A stretch of DNA of 63,968 nucleotides, filler included. It is 6 parts of 6 records of this genome, joined end to end, with 100 filler letters (N's around TTAATTAATTAA, not from the genome) between each part and the next. Parts side by side here need not be neighbours in the genome. Positions count along the whole stretch, not along the records: positions 21,564 to 31,771 come from DRR723986_14493; positions 31,872 to 41,705 come from DRR723986_14505; positions 41,806 to 48,541 come from DRR723986_14506; 3 more parts are not named here. One strand, 5' to 3'. Both the position numbers and the translations under genes were made by a program. Under the pieces are notes generated by a model that had not been told where the DNA came from, did not search any database, and worked only from the letters and a program-made list of their open reading frames with translations. This document shows, one piece after another, positions 31,452 to 41,811 of the stretch. How positions within the stretch are numbered: the stretch's first letter is position 1; each line of letters opens with the position of its first letter.

Positions 31452-31771
31452 TCCGGCCTCCAAAAAATACACATACGTCAAAAAACAAAGTCGTCTGCCT
31501 GATTGCCTGGAACCTTCAGCTAGAAATGCGCTGGTCAATTGATTCGTGGAGATATTGCAAGTTGACAGTTAACAAAACTATAACGTGCAACTTTACAACT
31601 AAATTAGATAAATATCGTTTAAAATCATAAAGATGTGTTAAAAAGATTTTAGCGACATACAGCAAGTTTTACCCTGCAACGTGATTTAGGCAATTGAAGA
31701 TGTCTAAATGCGCTTGAAGCGTCATACCCCAATTTTACCCAAAGAAAGAGCGTGAATAGATAATAAAATAC

Positions 31772-31871
31772 NNNNNNNNNNNNNNNNNNNNNNNNNNNNN
31801 NNNNNNNNNNNNNNNTTAATTAATTAANNNNNNNNNNNNNNNNNNNNNNNNNNNNNNNNNNNNNNNNNNNN
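31772..31871. other. Artificial contig spacer
   Basis: N-run + TTAATTAATTAA + N-run. Confidence 0.98.
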
Positions 31872-32256
31872 AACGGCGATGCATTTCCTGGAAAAGGTGA
31901 AAATCCCCGATCAGGCGCATAAATACCCCGGCCAATTGTCGGGTGGGCAGCAGCAGCGCGTGGCGATTGCGCGTTCGCTGTGTATGCGCCCTCGTATCAT
32001 GCTGTTTGACGAGCCAACATCGGCGCTAGACCCCGAGATGATCAAAGAGGTTCTAGATACGATGGTCGAGCTGGCCGAAGAAGGCATGACCATGCTGTGC
32101 GTGACCCATGAAATGGGGTTTGCCCGGCAGGTGGCCAACCGCGTGATCTTTATGGATGCGGGCCAGATTGTGGAACAAAACGAGCCGGAAGAGTTTTTCA
32201 ACAATCCGCAAAACGAGCGGACAAAACTGTTCTTAAGTCAGATTTTGGGCCACTAA
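31872..32256 (+). CDS. Amino-acid ABC transporter ATPase (AapP/BztD-like), 5' truncated
   Basis: [33 protein letters not shown] and VTHEMGFAR. Confidence 0.92.
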
Positions 32257-32285
32257 CCCAAGGCTTACAATCACGCTGCATTACC

Positions 32286-32312
32286 AAGGCGCGCCAGTCT
32301 GGCGCGCCTTTT
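32286..32312 (+). terminator. Rho-independent terminator
   Basis: AAGGCGCGCCA-GTC-TGGCGCGCCTTTT. Confidence 0.85.
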
Positions 32313-32316
32313 GCCC

Positions 32317-32778
32317 TTACAGGGGCAAGGCGGTGGTTTCCTTGATGTCTTCCATCACGAAACTGGCCGAAACATCGGCAATTTTTACTTTCTTAATCAG
32401 ACGCTGATAAAACCTGTCATAGGCGGGCACATCGGCCAAACGCACGCGCAGCACATAATCTAAATCGCCCGTCATCCGCTGGGCGGCCACAATTTCGGGC
32501 ATGTCGCGCACTGCTTGGCGAAAGGCCTGCAGCCATTCGGCGCTGTGGTCGTTGGTGCGGATCATCACGATGGCTTGCAGCCCCAGCCCCAGGGCGGCCG
32601 GGTTCAACAGCGCCACGCGTTTGGTTAAAACCCCTTCGGTTTCCAGCCGTCTGATGCGCCGCCAGCAGGCGTTGCGTGACAGATGCACCAAAGCCGCCAG
32701 CGCATCTAGGCTAAGCGCTGCGTCTTGTTGCAAATGGTTCAGAATTTTACGATCTATTTCGTCGATAATTGTGGTCAT
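32317..32778 (-). CDS. Lrp/AsnC family regulator (DecR/YbaO-like)
   Basis: DEIDRKIL..LQQDA..LSRNACWRRIRRLE, MTGDLDYVLRV and FVMEDIKETTALPL. Confidence 0.92.
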   Translation of the reverse strand: MTTIIDEIDRKILNHLQQDAALSLDALAALVHLSRNACWRRIRRLETEGVLTKRVALLNPAALGLGLQAIVMIRTNDHSAEWLQAFRQAVRDMPEIVAAQRMTGDLDYVLRVRLADVPAYDRFYQRLIKKVKIADVSASFVMEDIKETTALPL

Positions 32779-32888
32779 AGGTGGGAAAATATCCACAAAT
32801 TTGGCAAAATCACAATAAAAAATGGGATCTGTTTTGCGGCGCTGCGGTGTACACCATGGAAAACAGGTATAGGTGCCCCATGCCCCGA

Positions 32889-33092
32889 ATGTTCCAGCGC
32901 GTTTTTGTGGACCACCCGCAATCGGTAGACGAAACATATTTCCAACACATGCGCTTTGCCGGCTGGTTTGCCGGGCAGTTGTTTTTGGCGGCGGGGGCGG
33001 CGCTGGTGCATGCGCTGATTCCCTGCCTGTTTGAAAAAACCGCCAGCCGCAGGGTGGGGCAGTTGAATGCCCGGCTGGGGCGGCGCAGCTGA
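32889..33092 (+). CDS. Small protein, DUF6356-like
   Basis: F.DHPQSVDETYFQHMRFA...AALVHALIPCLFEKTAS pattern; its stop overlaps the next start (TGATG). Confidence 0.8.
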   Translation: MFQRVFVDHPQSVDETYFQHMRFAGWFAGQLFLAAGAALVHALIPCLFEKTASRRVGQLNARLGRRS

Positions 33093-33868
33093 TGTGCCGC
33101 CTTGCCGCCTATTTGGGCCCTGCGATTGCGCTGGAAGATATCGTTATCGCCCCGCCGCATTCTCTGATCATGCAAAGCAAGGCTGCCCTAGAGGCAAAAC
33201 TAACCGTCAACGGCGATGGGTTTGGCATAGCATGGTATGGCACGCGGCCCGACCCGGGGCTTTACAAAAACATTTTGCCCGCGTGGTCAGATGGCAATTT
33301 GCTGAATCTTTGCCAGCATATCGTGTCGCCGTTATTTTTGGCCCATGTGCGCGCCTCGACCGGTGGCGGCACGTCGCAGGCCAATTGCCACCCCTTCACC
33401 TATGAAAATTGGGCATTCATGCACAATGGCCAAACCGGCAGTTTCGCAGCAATGCGCCGCGCGCTAGAGGCGCGTTTGCCCGACCCGCTTTATGCCCTGC
33501 GCCGCGGCAGCACGGATTCTGAATTGTTGTTTTTGCTGCTGCTCAGCCATGGCTTGGCCGCAGATCCGCAGGTGGCCTGCCAGGCGGTTTTGCAGCTGCT
33601 AAACGAAACGGCGCGGCAGTTGGGGGTTGTGGCGCTGCTGCGTCAAACATGCGTGTTCAGCGATGGGCGCCACCTGTATTGCTACCGCTATGCCAGTGAT
33701 GGCCGCTGCCCCAGCCTGTATGTATCGCGCCAATTTGTGCGCGGTGGGTTGGTTGTTGCCTCCGAGCCTCTGGATGGCCCCTCGGCCCATTGGGCCGAGG
33801 TGGCGCCAAACCAGCTGGTGCGGCTGGATCTGTCTGCCGATGCGGCCCTTGGGCCCTGTGCGGCCTGA
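33092..33868 (+). CDS. Class II glutamine amidotransferase-like protein (EgtC/YafJ/DUG3 type)
   Basis: N-terminal MCR (Cys nucleophile), NGDGFG, HVRAST, NCHPF, FMHNG, GSTDSE and ASEPL. Confidence 0.9.
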   Translation: MCRLAAYLGPAIALEDIVIAPPHSLIMQSKAALEAKLTVNGDGFGIAWYGTRPDPGLYKNILPAWSDGNLLNLCQHIVSPLFLAHVRASTGGGTSQANCHPFTYENWAFMHNGQTGSFAAMRRALEARLPDPLYALRRGSTDSELLFLLLLSHGLAADPQVACQAVLQLLNETARQLGVVALLRQTCVFSDGRHLYCYRYASDGRCPSLYVSRQFVRGGLVVASEPLDGPSAHWAEVAPNQLVRLDLSADAALGPCAA

Positions 33869-33875
33869 CCCTGGC

Positions 33876-34499
33876 TTAACCCGCCAAAAACGCCGCCATA
33901 TGATGGGCTGATTGCGCGGGCAGGCGGCCAAATCGCTGCGATACCGGGCAGGCGCGGCGCACCAGGCAACCGGCCTGCTGGCAATCGGCGCCTGCGGGGC
34001 TGGCAATATGGGCTTTGCAGGCGGCAACATCATAGGGCTGACCTGGCACCAATGCCCCCACGGGGCAGGCGCTGGCGCAGGGCTGGGCACAGCCTTGGCA
34101 GGGGGTGGCACTGCTGGGCGGCACGGGGTGGTGGCCCGGCACCCACAGCCCGCCGCGCAGCGATATCATCATGCCCGCGGTGCCATGCACCAACATGCCA
34201 ACCGGGCTTTGGTGGCATTGCCCGCCATCCTTTGCGTAGCGGATGAAAGGCGCATAGGGCGGCCCGCCAAACGGGTATTCGGCCCGCCCGCCAAACTGCT
34301 GCGCAAGCGCACCCAACACCCGCATCGACCAGCGATCGACTGGGTGGGGCTGGCCATCGTGCCATTCGTCACTGGTGGTGAAGATCGCCCAAAAATCTGC
34401 GGTGCAGCCCAGTAAATAAAGCGTCTCGGCGCCCTCTGTCAGCCCCCCCATCAGCATCAACCCATGGGGCGGCAGGGCCTGTTCGATCTGGGCCAGCAT
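33876..34499 (-). CDS. Fe-S (ferredoxin-like) protein of unknown function
   Basis: PCQGCAQPCASACPVGA and CQQAGCLVRRACP Cys clusters; directly downstream of argB. Confidence 0.75.
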   Translation of the reverse strand: MLAQIEQALPPHGLMLMGGLTEGAETLYLLGCTADFWAIFTTSDEWHDGQPHPVDRWSMRVLGALAQQFGGRAEYPFGGPPYAPFIRYAKDGGQCHQSPVGMLVHGTAGMMISLRGGLWVPGHHPVPPSSATPCQGCAQPCASACPVGALVPGQPYDVAACKAHIASPAGADCQQAGCLVRRACPVSQRFGRLPAQSAHHMAAFLAG

Positions 34500-34503
34500 G
34501 GGC

Positions 34504-35400
34504 CTAGCGGGGCCGGTGTTCGCGCGGGGGCAGGTTGGCTGGTTTGATCAGCGAGCCGGCACCATGTTCGGTGAACAATTCCAGCAAACAGGCGTTGGGC
34601 ACACGGCCATCCAGAATGACCACGGCGCGCACGCCTGCGGCAATGGCGGCAAGGGCGGTTTCGGTTTTGGGAATCATACCGCCTGCGATGGTGCCATCGG
34701 CAATCATCGCTTCCACGTCTTGGGGCGACATTTCGGTAATTACCGCGCCTTCGGCGTTTTTCACCCCGGCCACATCTGTAAGCAGCAACAAACGATCGGC
34801 GCGCAGCGCCCCGGCCAGAAACCCCGCGGCGGTATCGCCGTTTACATTGAAGGTTTCATTGGCATCCATGCCCGTGGCCACGGGGGCCACTACCGGGATG
34901 ATGCCGGCGGCAAACAGATCGTGCAGCACCTGCACATTCGCCTCGACCGGTTTGCCCACAAAGCCCAGTTCTGGGTCGTCGGCCTGGCAGACGATCAAAT
35001 CGTCATCCTTGCCAGATAGGCCCACTGCGCGGCCGCCCTCATCCATGATGGCCTGAACGATGCGTTTGTTCACCAGCCCCGTCAGCACCATTTCCACCAC
35101 CTCGACAGTGGCCTTGTCGGTGACGCGTTTGCCGCGGACGAATTCGGATTTAATGCCAAGCTTATCTAGCATTTCGTTGATCATGGGCCCGCCGCCATGC
35201 ACCACAACGGGGTTCAGCCCAACCTGGCGCATCAGCACGATATCGCGGGCAAATTCGGCCATTGCATCGGCATCGCCCATGGCGTTGCCGCCAAATTTCA
35301 CCACCACAATGGCGCCCGCGTAGCGCTGCAGATAGGGCAGGGCCTCGGAAAGGGTGCGGGCGGTTGCAATCCAGTCGCTGTTCATATTCTGCTTTCTCAT
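34504..35400 (-). CDS. argB: Acetylglutamate kinase
   Basis: [30 protein letters not shown] and GGMIPK. Confidence 0.97.
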   Translation of the reverse strand: MRKQNMNSDWIATARTLSEALPYLQRYAGAIVVVKFGGNAMGDADAMAEFARDIVLMRQVGLNPVVVHGGGPMINEMLDKLGIKSEFVRGKRVTDKATVEVVEMVLTGLVNKRIVQAIMDEGGRAVGLSGKDDDLIVCQADDPELGFVGKPVEANVQVLHDLFAAGIIPVVAPVATGMDANETFNVNGDTAAGFLAGALRADRLLLLTDVAGVKNAEGAVITEMSPQDVEAMIADGTIAGGMIPKTETALAAIAAGVRAVVILDGRVPNACLLELFTEHGAGSLIKPANLPPREHRPR

Positions 35401-35511
35401 GTGGCGGCATCCTTAGCAAACGGTCTTGTGTTAGCCTGTGTGGATGCCGCTGCCAAGTGGGCGTTGTAATTGTGACGCGATCGTATAGATATTGTCGCCA
35501 AAGAGGGCATC

Positions 35512-36246
35512 ATGAGCACGCATCAAAAAACACTGCTGTTGACTGGGGCAAGCCGCGGCATTGGCCATGCCACGGTGCGCCGCTTCAGCGCCGAGGGGTG
35601 GCGCGTGATCACCTGTTCGCGCCAGCCCTTTCCAAAGGAATGCCCCTGGGGCGGTGGCGCCGAGACGCATATACAGATCGATTTGGCCGACCCAAACGAC
35701 ACCATCGCCAAGGTTGAGGAAATTCGCGCCCGTCTGGGTGGGCGGTTGGATGCGCTGGTGAATAACGCCGGCATTTCGCCCAAGGGGCCGGATGGTGCGC
35801 GTCTGAATACGCTGGAAACCGACCTGCGCACATGGGGGCAGGTGTTTCATGTGAATTTCTTTGCCTCGGTGGTGTTGGCGCGGGGGCTGCGCGCAGAACT
35901 GGCCGCGGCCAAGGGGGCGGTGGTGAATGTGACCTCGATTGCGGGCAATCAGGTGCACCCGTTTGCCGGGGCAGCCTATGCCACGTCAAAGGCCGCGCTT
36001 AAGGCGCTGACACGGGAAATGGCCCATGATTTTGGCCCATTGGGCGTGCGCGTGAATGCCATTGCGCCCGGCGAGGTGGAAACCTCGATCTTGTCACCCG
36101 GCACCGAAAAGATTGTCGAACAGTTGCCGCTGCGCCGCCTGGGCCAACCCGACGAGGTGGCTGCGACCATCTTTTTCCTATGCTCAAACGACAGCAGCTA
36201 TATTACCGGCACGGAAATAGAAATTAACGGCGGCCAGCACGTGTAG
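35512..36246 (+). CDS. SDR family oxidoreductase
   Basis: TGASRGIG, NNAG, YATSK and NAIAPG. Confidence 0.93.
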   Translation: MSTHQKTLLLTGASRGIGHATVRRFSAEGWRVITCSRQPFPKECPWGGGAETHIQIDLADPNDTIAKVEEIRARLGGRLDALVNNAGISPKGPDGARLNTLETDLRTWGQVFHVNFFASVVLARGLRAELAAAKGAVVNVTSIAGNQVHPFAGAAYATSKAALKALTREMAHDFGPLGVRVNAIAPGEVETSILSPGTEKIVEQLPLRRLGQPDEVAATIFFLCSNDSSYITGTEIEINGGQHV

Positions 36247-36270
36247 GGCCGCGGCCCTAATCCGCAGCCC

Positions 36271-36921
36271 TTAATCCAGCGTGGCGATGATGGCGCGCAA
36301 GGTGGCCAGGCCTTCGGCTTTTTCGCTAGATGTCATCACAATTTCGGGGAATGCGGCGGGGTGTTTGGCCAGTTTGCTGCGCACCTGCGCCAGCAGTTTT
36401 TCGTGATCTGACAGCTTGATCTTATCTGCCTTGGTCAGCACCACCTGAAATGTAACAGCTGATTTATCAAGCAGTTGCATGATTTCTTCATCGACCGATT
36501 TTATACCATGGCGCGCATCGATCAGCACAAAGGCGCGGCGCAGCGTGGGGCGGCCCGACAGATATTGCTTTAACAAGCGCTGCCATTTTTCCACCACTGC
36601 CACCGGCGCATTGGCAAAGCCATAGCCCGGCAAATCAACCAGATAGTGGCTTTCGGCCATGGTGAAAAAGTTAATCTCTTGGGTGCGCCCCGGCGTGTTC
36701 GAGGCCCGCGCCAGCCCCTTTCGCCCGGTCAGGGCGTTGATCAGGCTGGATTTGCCAACATTCGAACGCCCGGCAAAACATACCTCGATACGGTCTGCCG
36801 GGGGCAGGCCGGTCATGGCAACGACACCCTTTAAAAAATCGGTTTGGCCGGCAAATAGTTTGCGCCCACGTTCGCTGGTGGCGTCGTCAGGCGCGGGCGC
36901 CAGGGGGAATGTCATTTCCAT
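36271..36921 (-). CDS. engB: Ribosome biogenesis GTP-binding protein YihA/YsxC
   Basis: GRSNVGKSSLIN, PGRTQ, DLPGYG and TKADK. Confidence 0.96.
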   Translation of the reverse strand: MEMTFPLAPAPDDATSERGRKLFAGQTDFLKGVVAMTGLPPADRIEVCFAGRSNVGKSSLINALTGRKGLARASNTPGRTQEINFFTMAESHYLVDLPGYGFANAPVAVVEKWQRLLKQYLSGRPTLRRAFVLIDARHGIKSVDEEIMQLLDKSAVTFQVVLTKADKIKLSDHEKLLAQVRSKLAKHPAAFPEIVMTSSEKAEGLATLRAIIATLD

Positions 36922-36922
36922 A

Positions 36923-37663
36923 TTATACTACCTTTGCGGCGTCGCCGGTGCAGACCTGCCCAGCGGTGATAACTTGTGCATATACACCAAATTCGCTGTG
37001 GCCCCAGCCGCTTTGCAGCATATCCAGCGTGGCGGCATCGCGCAGGCCGGTATCGGGGTTGGCCTCGGTTGCGCGGCAGCGGGTGATGGGCTCGCGCAGC
37101 TGCAATTGGGCATCGCCGATCTGTATGGTTTTTCCAATCAGGTCAAATTCTTCCCAAGGGGCCAGCCCCTGCAGCCAGATATTACCACGAAAGCGGCGGC
37201 TTTCCAGCGCCAGGCCCAAGCGCTGCGACAGCGCCCGCAAGGATGCCATGTTTAGCACCGAAACCGATGGGTAGGGCACATCGCTCATGCCTTCGGGTGG
37301 GGCTTGCACCAGCCGCGTGGGGGCGGGCCTGTCTGCGGGCCAAAGCGGGCCAAGCCAGGCCAATAGCGCCTGTTGGCCGGTGGCGGGGTTGATCTGCAGC
37401 GCCTCACGCTGGGGGTGGCGCAGGCACAGATCACCATTGGCCAATGTTTCGGCGGTAATGGCCATCAGCTGTGGGCTGGCGGCGCTGCGCAGAAAATTGC
37501 GGCAGGGCTGCCAGCCAGGCGTGGCGCTGGCGGCCGCATGGGCCACGGCCCAAGAACGATCGCCGGGCAGTGGCCTGCCCGGCGTTAAAAATGTGTGCTC
37601 TAGGGCTTCGGCGCCAATACCCTTGATCGGGTGGCGCCAAAGCTGCGCAACTGTCACGTTCAT
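36923..37663 (-). CDS. MOSC domain protein
   Basis: LWRHPIKG, GDRSWA, RRFRGNI, RCRATEANP and FGVYA. Confidence 0.9.
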   Translation of the reverse strand: MNVTVAQLWRHPIKGIGAEALEHTFLTPGRPLPGDRSWAVAHAAASATPGWQPCRNFLRSAASPQLMAITAETLANGDLCLRHPQREALQINPATGQQALLAWLGPLWPADRPAPTRLVQAPPEGMSDVPYPSVSVLNMASLRALSQRLGLALESRRFRGNIWLQGLAPWEEFDLIGKTIQIGDAQLQLREPITRCRATEANPDTGLRDAATLDMLQSGWGHSEFGVYAQVITAGQVCTGDAAKVV

Positions 37664-39510
37664 TTTTTCGCGCTCTTGGCGCCACGTTGGAACGAGCTGC
37701 GGATATTGCCGAACACGTCTGGTTTATAGCCGTGGCTGCGCATGATCAGATATTGCTGGGTAAAGGTGATGGTGTTGTTGGTGATCCAGTATACCACCAG
37801 ACCGCTGGCAAAGCCGCCCAGCATGAACATAAACACCCACGGCATCCAGGCAAAGATCATCTTTTGTGTGGCATCTGTGGGTGCCGGGTTCAGCTTTTGC
37901 TGCAACCACATGCTGACGCCAAGCAAGATGGGCAGGATGCCGATAAAGATGGTTGCCAGCAGGCTTTGCGGCTCGGGGGCGGCCCAGGGCAAAATGCCAA
38001 ACAGGTTGAAGATCGAGCTGGGATCGGGGGCGGAAAGATCGCGCAGCCACCCAAAGAAGGGGGCGTGGCGCAGCTCGAGCGTGACAAAGATCACCTTGTA
38101 GAGCGAAAAGAAAATCGGGATCTGGATCAGAATCGGCAAGCAGCCAGAGGCCGGGTTGACCTTTTCGCGCTTATACAGCTCCATCATTTCTTTTTGCATC
38201 CGGGCACGGTCGTCGCCCGCACGCTCTTTCAGCTTCTCCATTTCTGGCTGCAGCTCTTTCATCTTTGCCATGCTGGCATAAGATTTATACGCCAGCGGGA
38301 AGACCAAAATCTTGATCACGATGGTCAGCGCAATGATGGCCAGGCCCATGTTGCCGATGGCGGCGTTCAGTTCGTGCAGGACAAAAAAGATTGGTTTGGT
38401 CAGGAAAAAGAACCAGCCCCAGTCGATCGAATCCAAAAAGCCGTTTACACCCTGGGGGGCGGCATCGGTCATGCCCAAGCCATACATCAGCGATGTAAAG
38501 AACGGGTCCAGCTTTTTGCCAGCCTCATAGTTGCGGATGGTTTCCCATTCCTTGGCGCCGGCAAATAGCTGGCTGGATACGGAAATTTCCTGGCCCGGCT
38601 GCAGGGTTTGGGTGCCAAGGCGCATGGTGGTTTGGTAAATATCGCGCGCCTCGTCGTGGAAGGCGCTGAATTTGGCGCCTTGGCCCTCGGTGGGCACCAT
38701 TGTGGCCATCCAGAAGTGATCGGTGAAACCGATCCAGCCGCTTTCAGCCACTTCGATATCGGTGTGCTGCCCGGCCTTATCCAGGTCGTCATAGCTGGTT
38801 TCTGTCAGCGTGCCATCGGCCATGGCAATCAGGCCTTCGTGCAGGATGAAAAACTTTTTCAGGCCTGCAGGCTCGCCATGGCGGGCCAAAATGCCATAGG
38901 GCGCCAGTGCAACCTGTGCAGCCCCGGTGTTGCGCACCGATTGGCTGACCGAGAACATGTAATCTTCATCCACCGAGATGGTTCTGAAAAATTCCAGCCC
39001 GGCGCCATTGTTCCAGCTTAGGGTGACAGGGGAATTGGGGGTCAGCTCGGCGCCGGCGGGCGCGCTCCATACGGTGTTGGGGCCGGGCACCTGATCGGCG
39101 TTCAGCCCGCTGCCGGGGGCCCAGCCATAAACCGCGTAATAGACGTTTTCAGACCCAATCGGCGACAGCAACGTTACAATATCCGAGCCGGCATCCAGGG
39201 TTTCGCGGTAATCTTTCAGCGACAGCTGGTCGATACGCCCCCCCTGCAGCGAAATCGAGCCGGTGATGCGGTCGCTTTCAATGGCCACGCGCGCAGCGGT
39301 GCTTTCAGCCGCGGCTGTGGCGCCACTGGCGGCCACCTGGCTGCCCGCCGCGGGCAGGGCCACGGGTGCGGTTTCAGTGGTTTGGCTGGCCACGGCCCCG
39401 GCATTGGGGTCGGCCGGTTTTTCCGGGGGTGGGAACAGCAGAAACCACACCAGAATAACCGCAAAGCTAAGTGCGGTGGCCAGAATGAGGTTCTTGTTCT
39501 GATCGTCCAT
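37660..39510 (-). CDS. yidC: Membrane protein insertase YidC
   Basis: MDDQNKNLILA, IDWGWFFFLTKP, NPASGCLPILIQIPIFF and GLVVYWITNN. Confidence 0.97.
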   Translation of the reverse strand: MDDQNKNLILATALSFAVILVWFLLFPPPEKPADPNAGAVASQTTETAPVALPAAGSQVAASGATAAAESTAARVAIESDRITGSISLQGGRIDQLSLKDYRETLDAGSDIVTLLSPIGSENVYYAVYGWAPGSGLNADQVPGPNTVWSAPAGAELTPNSPVTLSWNNGAGLEFFRTISVDEDYMFSVSQSVRNTGAAQVALAPYGILARHGEPAGLKKFFILHEGLIAMADGTLTETSYDDLDKAGQHTDIEVAESGWIGFTDHFWMATMVPTEGQGAKFSAFHDEARDIYQTTMRLGTQTLQPGQEISVSSQLFAGAKEWETIRNYEAGKKLDPFFTSLMYGLGMTDAAPQGVNGFLDSIDWGWFFFLTKPIFFVLHELNAAIGNMGLAIIALTIVIKILVFPLAYKSYASMAKMKELQPEMEKLKERAGDDRARMQKEMMELYKREKVNPASGCLPILIQIPIFFSLYKVIFVTLELRHAPFFGWLRDLSAPDPSSIFNLFGILPWAAPEPQSLLATIFIGILPILLGVSMWLQQKLNPAPTDATQKMIFAWMPWVFMFMLGGFASGLVVYWITNNTITFTQQYLIMRSHGYKPDVFGNIRSSFQRGAKSAKK

Positions 39511-39609
39511 TGTGGATGTCGCCTGTCCTGATCGTGTCAAGGCGGTTCAACAGAGTGCGGCCCCAAAGGTCAAGGGGGATATGGGGGATAAGGGGCAAAC
39601 CGTGCGGAT

Positions 39610-41040
39610 TCAGCGCGCTTGGCGCAGCTTTGGCCCCCAATTTTCAATCGATCCCTGTTTTGCGCGGTGGCTTGCCAGCCATTTGCCCAAATCGCCCCCC
39701 GGCATAGGATGCGCGATTCCAAAGCCCTGCACATGTTGGCAGCCCAGCTGGCACAGCATGGCATGGGCGCCGGCTGTTTCGACCCCTTCTGCCAAGGTGG
39801 CGATTTGCAGATGCTCTGCCATGCTGATCATGGCGGCCACCAATTGTTGTTGGCTGCGGTCGGTTTCGATATGGCTGATAAACGAGCGGTCAATTTTGAT
39901 GCGGGTCGCGTGAAAGCGGCGAATGGCGCTGATGCTGGCATTGGCGGTGCCGAAATCATCCAGGTCGATAGGGCAGCCCAGCGCCGCCAATTGGCCCAGT
40001 GCGCGGGTGCTGGCATCGTTGGGCGGGGCGGCGGCGATGGTTTCCAAGATTTCCAGCCGCAACCTGTGGGGGGCAATATTAACCCTGTCCAGATGCCATG
40101 CGATACGGTCGGCCAGGCCGGGATCGGCCAGATCTTGGGCTGACAGGTTTACCGAAATCTCGGGTATGCCCAGCCCCTCGTGATCCCATTGCGCCAGCCA
40201 CGTTAGCCCGGTTTGCACCATCAGTTCGCATAAGTTTGGCAATAAATGCGCATCGCCCAAAGCGGGCAAGAAATTTGCCGGGGATAGAATGCCATTGTTG
40301 GGGTGGTGCCAGCGGGCCAATATCTCTAGCCCGCTGATATCGCCTGTATCGGTGCTGATCTGGGGCTGGAACCACGGCTGCATTTGCCCCTTTTGCAGCG
40401 CCTGTGTCATCACGCTGCGGCTGGGTTGGGGCAGCGGCATAGCCGGTGGCAGGCTGGCAGAATAAAGGCGTATTGCTGCGGGGGCGTGGGCCTGTGCCGC
40501 CTGCAGCGCTTGGCGCGCGGCATATTCCAGCTGTGCCGGGCGGTCGCCCGGGCATTGGCTGGCCAGCGCCAGCCCGATCGAGCAGCTGGGATACAGCATG
40601 CGCCCGGCCCCATCAAAGGGTTGATCAGCCGCGGCCATCAACCGGCCTGCAATGGCGATCAGGGTTTCCAAATTCATTTTGGCTGTTGGCGCCAATGCCA
40701 CCCAAATGCCAGTGGCCCCATCGGGGCCAAGCCGATCTTCGCTGCGCAAAATCGGGCGCAGGCGGGTGATAATGTCTTCGCGCAGGTGCTGCAGCTGCGC
40801 AGGTGCCAGATCGCGGCGCAGATCATCGGCCTGATCCAGCGCCAAAAACAGGCATGCGCAATCCTGGCCCAGGCTGCGTGCGTTTTGCATAAAGGCTAGC
40901 AAGGCAGGTTGCGGGCCTTGTGGGCCGGTAGGCGGCCGCAGCCAGGTGGCAAGCCGGCGCCAAATTGCGCGTAGCTTGCCAAAACGCTTTGGCAGAGATC
41001 TGTCGTTTTGCGGCGTAAGGTGCGGTGTTGGCTGCTGCAT
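39610..41040 (-). CDS. EAL-domain phosphodiesterase with a degenerate N-terminal GGDEF domain
   Basis: PWFQPQ, EILARW, LEILET, DLDDFGT, IKIDRSF, AEGVET and QGF; no intact GGDEF motif. Confidence 0.88.
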   Translation of the reverse strand: MQQPTPHLTPQNDRSLPKRFGKLRAIWRRLATWLRPPTGPQGPQPALLAFMQNARSLGQDCACLFLALDQADDLRRDLAPAQLQHLREDIITRLRPILRSEDRLGPDGATGIWVALAPTAKMNLETLIAIAGRLMAAADQPFDGAGRMLYPSCSIGLALASQCPGDRPAQLEYAARQALQAAQAHAPAAIRLYSASLPPAMPLPQPSRSVMTQALQKGQMQPWFQPQISTDTGDISGLEILARWHHPNNGILSPANFLPALGDAHLLPNLCELMVQTGLTWLAQWDHEGLGIPEISVNLSAQDLADPGLADRIAWHLDRVNIAPHRLRLEILETIAAAPPNDASTRALGQLAALGCPIDLDDFGTANASISAIRRFHATRIKIDRSFISHIETDRSQQQLVAAMISMAEHLQIATLAEGVETAGAHAMLCQLGCQHVQGFGIAHPMPGGDLGKWLASHRAKQGSIENWGPKLRQAR

Positions 41041-41092
41041 GGCTTTCCCTTCTGCGACGGGGGCAGATTAGGGCAAGGGCCTGAATGCAAGT

Positions 41093-41705
41093 TTAACGCA
41101 AAACCGGAATTCCCTCGGGGGGGGTATCGTCTTTGGGGGTGCAGACCAAACCGGCGAAATCAAACAAATCTGGGTCCAGCATATGCGATGGGCGAATGTT
41201 CATCAGCGCCCGAAACATTTTTTGCCGCCGGCCGGGGTGGTTTTTTTCCCATTGATCCAGCAAGCCTTTCACCTGCATGCGTTGCAGCCCGTCTTGGCTG
41301 CCGCACAGATCGCAGGGGATGATGGGGTAGTTCATCGCGGTGGCAAAGCGGGCGCAATCGGCCTCGGCGACATGGGCAAGGGGGCGGTAGACAAACAAAT
41401 CACCCTCTTCATTCACCAGTTTTGGCGGCATCGTGGCCAAGCGCGAGCCGTGGAAAAGATTCATGAAAAACGTTTCTAAAATGTCATCGCGGTGATGGCC
41501 CAGCACCACAGCGCTGCAGCCTTCTTCGCGGGCAATCCGATACAGGTTTCCGCGCCGCAGCCGCGAGCATAGCGCGCAATAGGTGCGGCCCTGCGGCACC
41601 TTATCCATCACGATGGAATAGGTATCTTGGTATTCAATGCGATGGGGCACACCCATTTTTTCCAGAAATTCCGGCAGCACAGTGGCGGGAAAGCCGGGCT
41701 GCCCC
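41093..41705 (-). CDS. ttcA: tRNA 2-thiocytidine(32) synthetase, 5' truncated
   Basis: [17 protein letters not shown] and [10 protein letters not shown]. Confidence 0.96.
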
Positions 41706-41805
41706 NNNNNNNNNNNNNNNNNNNNNNNNNNNNNNNNNNNNNNNNNNNNTTAATTAATTAANNNNNNNNNNNNNNNNNNNNNNNNNNNNNNNNNNNNNNN
41801 NNNNN
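41706..41805. other. Artificial contig spacer
   Basis: N-run + TTAATTAATTAA + N-run. Confidence 0.98.
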
Positions 41806-41811
41806 CCCTAA

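Noticed and set aside
31569..31584. Possible CtrA box TTAA-N7-ATAAC upstream of the LapG-like gene
   Set aside because: It has one mismatch in an AT-rich region, where such matches are expected by chance.
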